This document shows, piece after piece, positions 26,901-38,763 of a DNA stretch of 64,000 nucleotides. Both the position numbers and the translations under genes were made by a program. A model generated the notes under the pieces. That model ran no database searches. It saw only the letters and a program-made list of their open reading frames with translations, and was not told the DNA's origin. This stretch comes from Takakia lepidozioides (lineage: Eukaryota; Plantae; Bryophyta), in the NCBI GenBank assembly GCA_030704615.1, contig CM060732.1:40796001-40860000 (forward strand), in the 5' to 3' direction. Numbering within the stretch: the first letter of the stretch is position 1; each line of letters opens with the position of its first letter.

Positions 26901-29900
26901 AGCAACTGTCGCTATTTTGTGAATTGCAGCCATTGAGGAGGAGTTTTTTCCTGGTTCTCAGGAACTTATTAAATTCCTCGATCTCCCTGCATTTGAAGGC
27001 ATACTTGAAGGGCATGCTCTCTGCCGATGTCCAAAGAGAAGCCAACTCCCCAACTGATATGCAGTGCTCCTGTGGCATTGGCGGTAGAAGGCGACAGACA
27101 TATTCCAAAGGACAGATGCATTCCAGGGATTCTGTAAGTGGAGTTTGTTCGGCCACACTTTTGGCGTCTGACTCAGTGACTTGACTATTTTTGCCACTTT
27201 CTATCAACCCTCCTGGCCTGGTTTTGTCCGAAGATGAGGATGTATCAGTACCTGAGGCACTACTCAGTTGTAGCCTGTAGGTTGAGTCGTTGTTGTGGCC
27301 ACTTTCAACTAGAGCTCTGGGCAAACAAGCCTCAGCTGAATTCATGGATTGCTCTCTGCATGTGGGGATCTGAGTGACCACCTCCTCCACTGGCAGAACT
27401 GGAGGCTGACTAATTCCTACCTCACTTTCCCTGCTCAATTGCTCACTGGATGACAAAAACTCAGGGGCCACGGGCTGCAGCTGGAGAGTTTCAAGGGAAG
27501 CCTTACTTTTGTCAAATACCATGGGAGCATCAAATACTGCCAATCTCTTTGGAGGCACAAGTAACTCCTGCGCATCTCTTGTGGCCAATAGAGGGTGTCT
27601 GGGAGTGAAGAGAGAAGCAGAGAGTTTTCCTGACCCCACAGAGAAGCTTCGAATGTGATTTGAGGTCCTCTTTGGAGTGTTTGCTTTCTCTGTAGTTGGG
27701 AATCTGGCTGACCTTGTTGGTGAGCTCACAATCCTCTCATGGTGGTGATTGTTGACCCTCTGTTTGGAGCCCTGAACACCTATGACTTTCCCTGACTTGG
27801 TGCCTCCTCTAATCCTCCATCTCAGTTTGAACGACCAAATGTGCCAGGACTTTTTTGCTATTATCACCTCTTTGGGGTCAACTTGTTCTGGAGTCTCTCC
27901 CTGTGGGCAGTCTGAATCACTTTCATGAGTACCTTGCATGCCTGTCTTTGAAGTTCCAGGATCCATTTCCTTAGTCATGGGGCTCGTTGATTGTTCGGTC
28001 ATATGGAGTATAGCAGTCATCGCACCAGTGGACTGTGATCCTTTCTTCACCACAGCTTTGTCTGTCTCCATTGTGCTTGTCTCAGATTTTCCAACATCTT
28101 CCCCAACTTGTGACCGGTGCCTGGCGCCAAATCTCAACCGTCTTAGTAATGGCAAGGTTGGTGTCTCAACAAGGGCATGGTGTGTTGAGAGGGCTGTCAG
28201 ACCAGGCTCTGCCAGAGGCTCACAAAGAGGAACTATATGGCGACACTTCCCAATGAAGTCACTTGTGGAGGGCCTTCTGGTGACTGTCCCCAAATCTAGT
28301 GATAATCTCCCATGTTCCGAGGCCGACCTGTCTAATAGTGAAACCTTTGTTGGAGGATAGCTTGGGCTCTCACGCGTTGGACCTGTGGCTTGTGAGTCCA
28401 ACAGATAGAGGTTGGCAGCCTTTGTGCAGTGATCACTTGACTGTGACTTCGACTTTTGCAGAATAGCTGTACAAAGGGAGTCGATGTTTCCACGCAAAAT
28501 GTGATCTTTGGGTAGTATTGGCTCAGATTCCATGATATCCACAAAACCTGCAGGTGTACCATCTAGTTGACGAGTGGCTGAGTTTAGCTGAAGTTGTGGT
28601 GTAGATGTACATTTAGCCTCAGGGAAAGAAAGAGGTTCAAAAGTTGTCTCTGAAGAAATTTGTTGCTCAGGATAGAGTCCACTTTCCTGCATAGAAGCCT
28701 CCACCGCAGGTGGGTCCGGTTGGTTTTCCTGCACAGGTGAATTGTTGCTTGTTGTCAGAGGGAAAGGAGGATGCACAGACTGGAGAATGTCTGAGCCAAT
28801 GTCACCTGTAGATCCGACTATCCCTGTAACAAGCGGTTGGATAGAAGGAGGAGATGCAGAAGCAGAAGATTGAATCACATCCTCTTCGACGTCCTCATGC
28901 CGGTCACCAGACTGGACACGTTGAATTGTTGGCAAGTTATCTGAGAGATTCGTGCCTGTCTCACCAAGGGTAGGACATAGGTTTGACATCCACCGTGGGG
29001 ACGGCGTACAAGACTCGTAGTCATTTTCAGACTCGTAAGCTATTATATCCAACGCCATACGCTTGGTCTTCCGCCGTGATTCGCCAGCTACACGTAACCT
29101 CCCGATGTCAGCAGCCTGGGTAATTGGTTGCTCAACAGGTCTTGTCTGATCCTTGGAGGAGGCCTGTTTTGATGTTGGAGTGGACCTTGTGAAGACAGGC
29201 CTTCGCCCGCCAGATGTTGACTGTTCTTTGCCACGCGGTTGCCATGGTAGAGTGTAGTCTGAGGAGGCAGTGGGTACCTGTCAATGTCAAACAACAATCA
29301 TAGACCATGTATAAGACTTGAAACTGCCGAGGTAAGAAAGTCGATCGTTTTGCAACCTTTGCAAGTCCAGTTTGAATTATATAGAGCATCTGAGCAAGGC
29401 CGCCTAATCACCTAGTACTTAGACATATCAACTTTTATGAGCACCTCCCGTACGTAGTAACCTGCATTGTATCGAGAGGCCCATCTTCGAGTGTACTAAA
29501 GTGACAGGACTGCAGTTCTTGCTGTCTACACTCAAAGACTCCCACCCTCCTTCCCCTCAGCCCCTGGTTGTAAAATGAAAATCAGAAATTCAATGTGCAC
29601 TCCAATCTGCCTTCACCAGTTCCATCCAGGGGCCGGAGTCTTCATGAATATCCAACGAGCATATCACAAGGTCTTGATAATGCAGGGATATTGTCTTGAA
29701 ACACCAGGTTAGCATTATCACTGGGACCAAGGTATGCGAGAGATGCCATGTTGGGCCGGAAGCTTCCCAACTCATTAAGCGACTAGCTTCTGCCCCTCAA
29801 CATAATGTTCTATCACAAGCTTCAGTTTTGCAATCCCATGAAAATAATTCCTTGAATGCAGGTCAACAGTGTAGTCGAGCTGCTGTGGCCCCCGTTAATG

Positions 29901-30185
29901 AGCTATCACACATTGCCTCCGACGATGGGGCCATACCCGACGGAGCTTTCAAGATGTGTTGCTCGACGGAAGAGGAGGATGTGTACGATGACTTTTACTT
30001 AGAGAAGATTTGACAGTTACCTCATGCATCAGGCTGGAAGTAGAATTGGAACTGATATCTTTGGCGTCGATAAGTCTGAGGTTAGTGCTGAGCTCCATCT
30101 CGGAATTCCACCAGCTTGAGTCTTTGGACATCCATGACAATGTCCTCCCATGCCGACGCTTGAATGGTAACTCCGGGTCACTCAT
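23910..30185 (-). CDS. DHH-superfamily exopolyphosphatase/PRUNE-like protein with long disordered N-terminus (about 1170 aa)
   Basis: Exons 30185-30021, 29563-29462, 29277-26871, 26459-26266, 26146-26066, 25630-25544, 25280-25160, 24867-24796, 24487-24317 and 24025-23910 total 3516 nt in frame. PRUNE-like motifs include AAICMAWLL, VPIINIPR..AAWLFDVCGID..LVFSDE, VGSCCTLLAE and LLLAGILLDTENL. The start is uncertain because the frame stays open to an acceptor at 30260. Confidence 0.8.
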
Positions 30186-33100
30186 CTCCGAGGCCTCTCC
30201 GTTCTCCCTCTTCCTGTGAGCGCTACCTCTTTCCCCGACACTGCTTACACTTATTCTCAGCTACCGCAAACAGAAAAAGTCATACGTATCGCCTGAGCTG
30301 ACACTGTTAGTGACCAGCTCTGGGTAGCTGTTTATTGCTAGTTTAGATTCCATGAGAAAACAGAGGCGGTCCTTGAAGAGAATTTGGAGTTAACTTCAGC
30401 CAAACTGGTGTTGAGGGCAAAAGTCTTTGATGTCTCCAACAACTCCAAGCTCTAGAGATCGTGCACAGACTGCGAATTGACACTAGAGATTCAAGTTACA
30501 CAGAAACTGGAAATTCAGACCATGCTGGATGATTCAGGCCAAGAGAGGTGTAGCGACAAACGCCCATATGAAGACTTAAAAGGTTAGTGCAGCCTTAGTG
30601 CAACACCTGCAACCATGCCTGCAGCTGCTTGAGAGCTTCAAAAGGACCACTTGTACTGTGACCACAAATACCAGACAAACAAGATGTTAAACCTTCCTTC
30701 TCCGAACCCAACACACTGACCGGGCTATCACGTCCCACCAAGAGGAATTTGTTGATAGATTTGGCAACCCATACCCATTGCGGAAAATTACCAGTGGTCG
30801 ATGGTAGGCCTATTTCACTGTCCAGTCGGACGGGTTGGGGTCTTTGTAGCTGGCGGCTTCAGGTTGTAGGAGAGTTACTGGGGATATACCCAAGAAGAAT
30901 AAAGAAGACACGCTGGGCCTGCCTTTACCTGGTGCCTCCTTCATTCATTTGTGCTAGATGATCTTCTGTCGGTTTGTCTTGCAGAACTAAATACATAAGT
31001 ACTTGTATGTCATTTCCATTGGGAAAGAGCTGAATGCTTTCGTACACACAGGTCTGCCCACTGCCAAAAAAAAGCTGGTAACAGGTGACAACTTTCACAC
31101 AGGATGGCGTCGAAAGCCAAGGAGATCGGCAGGTTTACTGGAGAGCTACAGCTGAGTTACGTAGAAATGCTCTGTACAAGATAAATCACTAGTCCAAGGA
31201 ATGGGTCAAGGTTTGCAATCGCGGCGAACATTTGGGTGCATACAAAGAGCTGTCAATATGTTGTCTGTCATTGCTTGACATGTGGGCAGCTCTATATTTA
31301 AAGCGCTGATGTGTGAGACTCGTGGCCTGGCACCTGGAATGTCGCTAATCAATGATCTGGACACTCGGTGGTGGATCAAAGCCTGGCTGAACAAACTTTA
31401 CTTTTACAGCAAGAAGTAAGTAGGTAGGCTACCTAGTGCTGCAATTCACTATCTTTCATTTGCTGTAGTCTGTGATCCTCGAGTCAATAAAAACAAGCGT
31501 TTCGTGGTTATGGTCCTTAATACAGACAACCTTTCATTCAATGCTGGTATTCTCCCTTCAGTAATCAAAGTTGACTGGCTCTCAAGGTCGAATTACGGCT
31601 CTTGATTGAGTGATTGACTGAAGATAGTATGTGGAAGTACTTAGGTACATACTACATACTTTTGTTAGGATCCTGTAAGCTGTGTACCGTCTCGTCTGAC
31701 TCCCTAACCCATCACTAATTTTGCCCTCTGCAATCAACCAGCAGTAATGTTTTGTTTTGTCTTCACTGAAACGGTACCGTTAGGATGACGAAGAAAAGGG
31801 GTTGGAGCAACTCAACACTGGGTGGAGAGTTCAAATTCCAAGTTAACCAGATTACTGAAGCTCTAGAGGTACGTCACCTCCTCCATCCAAGTTGACAAGC
31901 TGTTGACCTGCATCAGACTTTAGAATAAACGGTGCTATGTAGGTATGCAGCATCTCCATTTTCGGTTAGAAACCAATCTATTACCATCCTTCCATTTTCT
32001 CATAAACACTGTCCTCAACCCACCGTTACGGCCTTTAAGAGAGGGGTCCCACCACACTGCGTTCTTCGCTTGAGAAAACACAGGTCCTTTCGAGAGAAAC
32101 TTGTATAAGTAGGTAGCCTACAAGGCAAGGCATGAATGGAAGCTCTATTTTGAGCACATCTTCTGGAGGTGTCTTTATGACAAGCAATGCCACACCGAGC
32201 TGCTCTCCATAAATGTAGAGCTGCCTCTATCAATGCTGGTAAGGAGAGAGATGGGAAGTCCATTTATGGTATGGCTAGCTGCTTCCCTTCATTAACTTTT
32301 GGACCATCATGCCTCCCCTCTCCCCTCTCAGGCATTTAAGCTCCACAAGGGGGTCCACAACTTCACGACCTCCATCTCCCATGTTGTCATATTCTTCCCG
32401 CTCTTTCCCTCCAAAGACAAGTGTACCGAACTTGATCTCACATTCAGGACTACTCATTTGAAGACTCAAGTCTTGGAGCAGGCAGTTATGATCCCAGTTG
32501 TACATGATCTTCTAATAATCTTACCACATTATTATGTTTATGATTATTATTAACTTTTTCGATTATTCTTTTGTGATTATTCCAGTTCTAATCAAGTTTT
32601 TTATTTTTTAAGTCTAGTATTCTAGATACTTATTTGAGGTTGAGCATATAATTTTCGGTCACTTTTCATGTGAACCCTTTCCGTTTGCTGACATCATCCA
32701 AGGTGGGGTTGACCAAGGGTTTCATCCATTGACAATTTGGATGGTCCTTCTATGTGCAACCCTATATATATCCACACCAGCGTTTTTTTTTTTTTTTTTT
32801 AAAATTTATAAAACAGGTACTGTGGCCCTGAAAGCTTTATTGAAGTTATTGAAGGGAAAAAATGTTTTTTAATGAAATTTGGAAAGCAGCACGAGTGGCT
32901 ACAAAGTTTTGCCAAACAAAATCGTACATTCTGTTCATCCACTGAAACTACATCCACCTTTGTACTTTCATCCATTTATATCATCCATATTTGACGAATT
33001 CATCTATAATTTATTGGAGAAGTTTGGCGATTTCATCCATGAAAAAACAGGGAATTTATGACAAAATATTCCATTCTATTTTTTTGAGGTCGAAATCTGG

Positions 33101-34337
33101 TGAAAATTTGCCAATAACGGGAAAAAAAGCCGATCCAAACAGCCGTCTTGCTCTGTTTACAATGTTGGTGAAGTCTCTAGAATCTACTGATGCATAAGTG
33201 GGTGAAAATTAAGTAAGAATGGGAAGTTGGGGAAGTTGGTTGGGGAAGTTGTTGGCAGGAGAGAAGTGAGCTAGTCAAGAGAGAGGCTCAGGTTAAGGTG
33301 GTGCAAGGAAGACGCCCGGGCTCAAGCACCGCTATGCAAGGGGGCTGCAACAAGGAAAATGAGGGCTCAAGCGCTGCAACAAAATATTTATATATGAATG
33401 TTATGTGGTAGAGTCTATAATGTGTTTATGTGCCTATGGATTGATATTTGTTTTCTTTTGTAGGAAGAATAAACAAGACAACAAGTTTTACTAATTTTTT
33501 CCCTCCTAATCATCCCAAGTATAGAAATATTTAGGTATTTAGGTTTTCGTGAACCAGTCATCAAATTACCTGATCATAAATTAAACAAGCCTCAAATTGC
33601 AATGGCCTCTCTTGCTTTGGAAAAACGGGCTTCAGGGCCTATTTAAATGTAAATTTCTTTTCTGCTTCATTAGTGCCATACCCTCGCCCTTGTCGTGCAC
33701 TGCTTGGATTGGGCAATTGATTGTCCTAATTTCGAGTTAAAGCAAAGTTGTCTCATCGGGCAAGCGGGGTCAGATTTTGATGGAGGTAATTCTCTCTTTT
33801 TCATGCTAAGATTTATCCACATGTGTGTGATGGTCATTGTGAAGGGATTTGCCCAGGTTTGACCAAGTGGCAGCACCAGATTGTTTTTGGCTTGTTGGAT
33901 GAGGGATCCCACGGATGAAGCCCTACTAATTTCGCCTCAATCTGAGTTCATCCCCTCACTCAAATCTTGAAAAATCTACCAAAACATGATATATTTCTCG
34001 AATGGGCCCCAATAATGGCCCCACATTCAACCCAGGCGTTTTCTGGATGTAGGGTCCAACTGCTTGCTCTCGGTGGCTTGTCGTGCATCCAACTTATTAG
34101 GGCCACTTTGCATGTGAACCCATTTCCGTAGTGTTGATGTCACGTAGAAAGAGCACTGGGTCTGCAAAGGTACACTTCCATGTGCATGCGCACACCCGTG
34201 CAACAATAACCGAGTCCCGTGCAACCTCACGGGTTCGCCGGATCCTTCACAATGACTTGCCCTAGCATGTCAAGAATAACAATCCCACTTGCTAAAGGGG
34301 TCATCCATGCCTAGTTCACACGCTCTATTTGCTTCTA

Positions 34338-34676
34338 GAGAGAGAAGACTCCGGCCGAAGCCGGCGTAACTAAGAGCCACTTCACCTTGCGGCTACTGCC
34401 CCCCTTTCGGGGGTGGGCCTATTTGCTTCCATTCTCAACATATGTATGTCTCTCAAGATGTTGCTTATCTGCATTCTCAACGCAAGTCTCACGATTTCTT
34501 GCTTTCACTCTGTACGCAGGGGCTGCATGCAATTGCCATTGGGCGAGCTTGCTCCATGTGCATTTCTGGTGTTTTTTTTATTTCAAGGATTTGCGGTGTT
34601 GATTAGGCCCACCTCCTGAAATGGGCAATAGCCGCAAGGTGAATTGGCTATTTAGACGGTCCGAGCTTCTCTCTCG
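34338..34676. mobile_element. MITE with imperfect TIRs of about 75 bp (GAGAGAGAAG ends)
   Basis: The left arm gagagagaagactccggcc..ttcaccttgcggctactgccccctttcgggggtgggccta is inverted at 34604-34676. No TSD was found. Confidence 0.7.
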
Positions 34677-34686
34677 GGTATTGGGG

Positions 34687-35304
34687 TAGTGTCGAATTAT
34701 TCAAACCAGTATGGTACTGGTATCAAATGATGTGTAAATTTGATAGACTGGTATGGTATATGGTATGGTATCAAAGTGAAAATCAGACTGGTATAAATTT
34801 TTAAAAGTCATACCAGCCTGGTATGTGCCAAGGTCTGGCACCAGCTGCACGTAGTGCAGTTCTTTCTAAATCTTAAAAATAAAAATTAATAAAACCAAAA
34901 TAAAAATAAAAATAGACCAAATGGCCCATTAAATATTGAAATGGTCATTTCAATATCCCAAATGGCCCCTAACTCTTCTCTATCACTCTTGAAGTGCAGA
35001 AACTAACACATTGCATTTCATCTACTCCTCTTCAAACATATTAGCATCCTCTAACATCCCTAATGAAAACTACCCTAAACCCTACCCATGCATCCTCTCC
35101 CTCGAAGGGCGCATGCATGGTATTGGAGTGGTATTGCGAGGAAGAAGACCACACTGGTCTGGTTTGCGCCAGGTTTTTTGAAGTCCATGTATCCTACCCC
35201 ACCAGGGTCTTGCCCTTGCAGGTACCCGCCTGGTATGATCCTTCATACCATTACCCTTACCCTAGTTGATACCTGTCCCAGACCTATATACCGGTCCAAC
35301 ACTA
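34687..35304. mobile_element. hAT-like non-autonomous element (same family as 6115-7070)
   Basis: Right end cctatataccggtccaacacta, CTGGTA subterminal repeats, and about 250 bp of inverted homology to 6120-6375. Confidence 0.6.
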
Positions 35305-35787
35305 GAAAGTACCTCTTCCTTGCCATGAGCCGCGTGCTCGTGGGACACCCCCATTCTACCACACCTGACAAGTTAGCACGATTTGAACGCAGAATCACGT
35401 GGATGGCAGTTATGTGCTTTATGGAACCAAAGAGAAAGCCCTTTTGATAGCAATCTGGATTTTACAATGTATTACCTAAATGCATTCCAAGACATTGTGG
35501 CTCTTATTGTTAGTAGTAATAGATGTAATATGTTAGACATTATCCAGTTCCTTGCATGATTGTGGATGACTGTGTGGATGAAGAAAAGAATGTATCATTC
35601 ATCCGTGTCAAATGCGACAAAATGCCATATTCTTAGGCCTGTCGAAGCCAATTGGGACCGACGCAATTGTTTTATTATTTTCTAATTTTTCCCCGCAAAT
35701 CATAGGAAATGCTAAGCTAGTAATAGGTGCCCGTACTAAGCTTAGCACGTCAAGTACAAATGAATGTAAAGTCGGGCTTTTCTCGTA

Positions 35788-37156
35788 CCTAAAGGACGAG
35801 CACCTTTTTGGTGAGTCCGCTACAAAAAGGTGCGTACCCTCATGTAACTTTTTATCCCCAATCATCGAGAGGGACTAACCTTATGTTTATTTGCATATCT
35901 ACCACATCCATATCATGTGAAAAATGGAGGCAATTTGACCATTGCAATTAGGAGATTATAATAAAATAATGTGCCAAAATAGTTAGATGTATTCCAAAAT
36001 CGCATGTAAAAACTGGTTTGACCACCAAGTCAAGTATGGAGTTGATCAATTTTCCTAGATAGAGGCCCTCCACAATCGGATTATATGGCACCTAAAGGAT
36101 TGTCTCCCCCAAAAATCAGACCAAACTTCCAAAAATTGAAATAGATTCATATGTATGTGAAATCTGGAGGATAAAGCCTATCATTTTTGAAAATTTGGGA
36201 ATTTAAGGCGCACGTGTGCGCCAAAGGGCCATGCACGGATGTCGGGCGCCCCGCGACCACCCGGAGGGTCTGCTCACTACTCGCAGGTCGGGTCTCCTCG
36301 CAGGTCTTGGGTCCAACTGAATGGTCTGCCGCGGCCCGCCCGCGGGACTTAGAAATTTTTGCCGGAAAACTCGCCCATCAAAAAAAAGGTCATTAATACA
36401 CATGCAGCAACAACCAGAACCATCATAAATACACATATTGCGCAACCAAATTTGAACCCTCAATCTCATAGGTATTGCACAATGTGCCCAATCACCACAC
36501 TACCCACAGCTTATTAATATTTCAACATTTTTTTTCTCTCTTAACCTAGAAAACAGCCGCAGTCAACCCCAACGCCACCTAGGGTCAGGGCCTACGGACC
36601 CTACCTCGCGGGCGAGCCGAGTCTCGCCTAGGGTCAGGGCCTATGGACCCTACCTAGCGGTAGACCATACCTGGTGGCAGACCCACCCTCGCCAAGTCTC
36701 GTGGGGCAGACCATACATGGGGCAAACCCATCCTCGCGGCAAACCCACCCAGGCCCACTGCCTTGCGCACACGTGAGCCTTAAACTCCCAATTATTCAAC
36801 AATGAGAAGCGAGGATAAGTTAGATGTTGGCTTCCCCATACACCCAGCATGATGTAATATTTGCTTTCTAGTTCTTCTAGTAAATATGTACACAATAACA
36901 TTACATAGTGCCTTGTTCAAAAATTTGGGCATTATGATAAATTTTCAGTCATAGATGTTATTGACAAGATTGCCCATTTGGCCTGCCACATGGGCAGATC
37001 AAGAGTGTATTTTAAGGTGTTGTAAATGCTCACATGTGCTCTTCCCCATTAATGTACTGCACCATTCAGGTTTCACTTCCATCCAGTGTCATCCACCAAA
37101 ACTGTATGTGGATGAACTTTGAAACGGGGTGATTGGGGTCCCCTCATCCTTTAGGG
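35788..37156. mobile_element. Second, older piggyBac-like element
   Basis: cctaaaggacgag at 35788 and ctcatcctttaggg|TTAA at 37143-37160 match the TIR of the 1874-2913 element. The left TTAA is not preserved. Confidence 0.5.
36177..36810. mobile_element. Inverted-repeat (MITE-like) element nested in the above
   Basis: ttgaaaatttgggaatttaaggcgcacgtgtgcgc is inverted at 36764-36800. An internal direct repeat cctagggtcagggcctacggacccta occurs twice. Confidence 0.6.
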
Positions 37157-37169
37157 TTAACATTCTTTA

Positions 37170-37790
37170 CCATTTATGTTAGCCCACAATGTGGCCATGA
37201 ACATGTAATATATGTGTTAAGCTTTTCACAACCTAGTTGTAGCCCAATGGTAATAGGCAAATACCACCTGGGAATTGGTTGGGCTTAGCCACAAATTGAT
37301 ATCATAGAGGTGTCCACTTTCCAACCCCAAGGTAGTGGCCCTTGCAGGTTCTGGTCAAGAGACACCTTAATTTATGCTTTATTGGGGAGGCAACATACTT
37401 TTACTTTTTGCCACATCAAAATAATGTTAGTTTAACGTGCCACCTAGATGCTATTAATTTAGCCTTAGGAAGGTGCTCTGCCAATTGTTTGAAAATTAGA
37501 ACTTGAAGAAAGAGATCACCTTGTATCTTGTAGGAGTCATTTGGTGGCACACTTAGGCAAGCGGGGCCAAATCATTAAAAAAATCCATGACATAGCAAAC
37601 AAAGAGAGAAAAATATATATATAAGATGCCTCCCGAAGGAAGTGTAAATTATGGTGTCTCTTGATCCCAAAGAGCTACTGCCTTTGCGACAACAATTGCT
37701 GGATTAAAAACCATTTCCGAGATGGTATGCGGCTATCACCACTGGGCTACAACTTGGTTGTCTAAGAGACAACTAACATGTGGCTAGTCA
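37170..37790. mobile_element. Foldback/long-TIR (Mutator-like) non-autonomous element
   Basis: caacctagttgtagcccaatggtaataggcaaataccacctgggaattggtt pairs with the inverse at 37708-37760, and tcaagagacaccttaattt..ggaggca pairs with the inverse at 37627-37665. Confidence 0.65.
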
Positions 37791-38763
37791 TATACGGCTT
37801 GTCCTTCTGAATAGTGGAATCTACTTTCATCCATAATTAACAATTCATCCATTTATTTTTTCATAAGTTGCTCAATAAGACTAATTGCATCAACGCTTCC
37901 ACCTTCAAGATTCAAAATTCAAATGAGCCTTCATCTTCGTGTTTTGATTTTGAGGATGCATCCAATTAATGTCATCGTCGAGTTTTAAATGTTGACAACC
38001 AACATTTGGCGCAGTGGTAAGAGCATATGTCACTTCAATAATGATTGTGGGTCCAAACCATATGTGGATGTCATGAAGGTGTGTTCCTTCCATTGGAATG
38101 CAATAGCTTGAGGTTAACTTTAAGTTCCCAAGCCTTTTTTTTACTTTTTACCAATTTTGGGTACCTTGCTACAGTAAATTGCCCCTATAAACCTACCAAG
38201 AATCGTCCAGAGATTACAGCCTTACAACAGTGGGCCCAGCTCATTTATGCATGACATACCAAAAAATGAGCCAAGTCCACCATGGAAATTGTGAGATTAT
38301 AACGGTGGCCCAGACCTCAAATATCAGGTCCCAAAGAAAAAGTGAGAAAGAAATTGGTTTGACCAAATCAAAACTTAGCTTTATCCAATTTTGCTTGCCC
38401 CAAGACCCACCATTTCCAAATCAATAGTGGAGTGGCTATGACCCCACTAAATTGCAAGTCCAATTGATTTTTTCACTTATGGTTGCTTTGCATGCAATTA
38501 CATAGGGGTTGAAATCTCAAAATTGACAAGAGAAAATGTGCCTCCAAATGAAGTTATTTTTTTTCTACAAAATTTTTAAAAGCCAACGATGGGTGTGTAT
38601 GTAATGCTCACACACCACAAGGTGAAGTGTTTTTTCTAAAATTGCTAATTTTCTACCAAAAATGGGTGTCGTGCGCATACGTATCGCTACACAAGTACAT
38701 CGATGTCCAAACTACACCACACATATATGCACAATAAAGTAGTCTGCCAAGTATCATGCAGGC

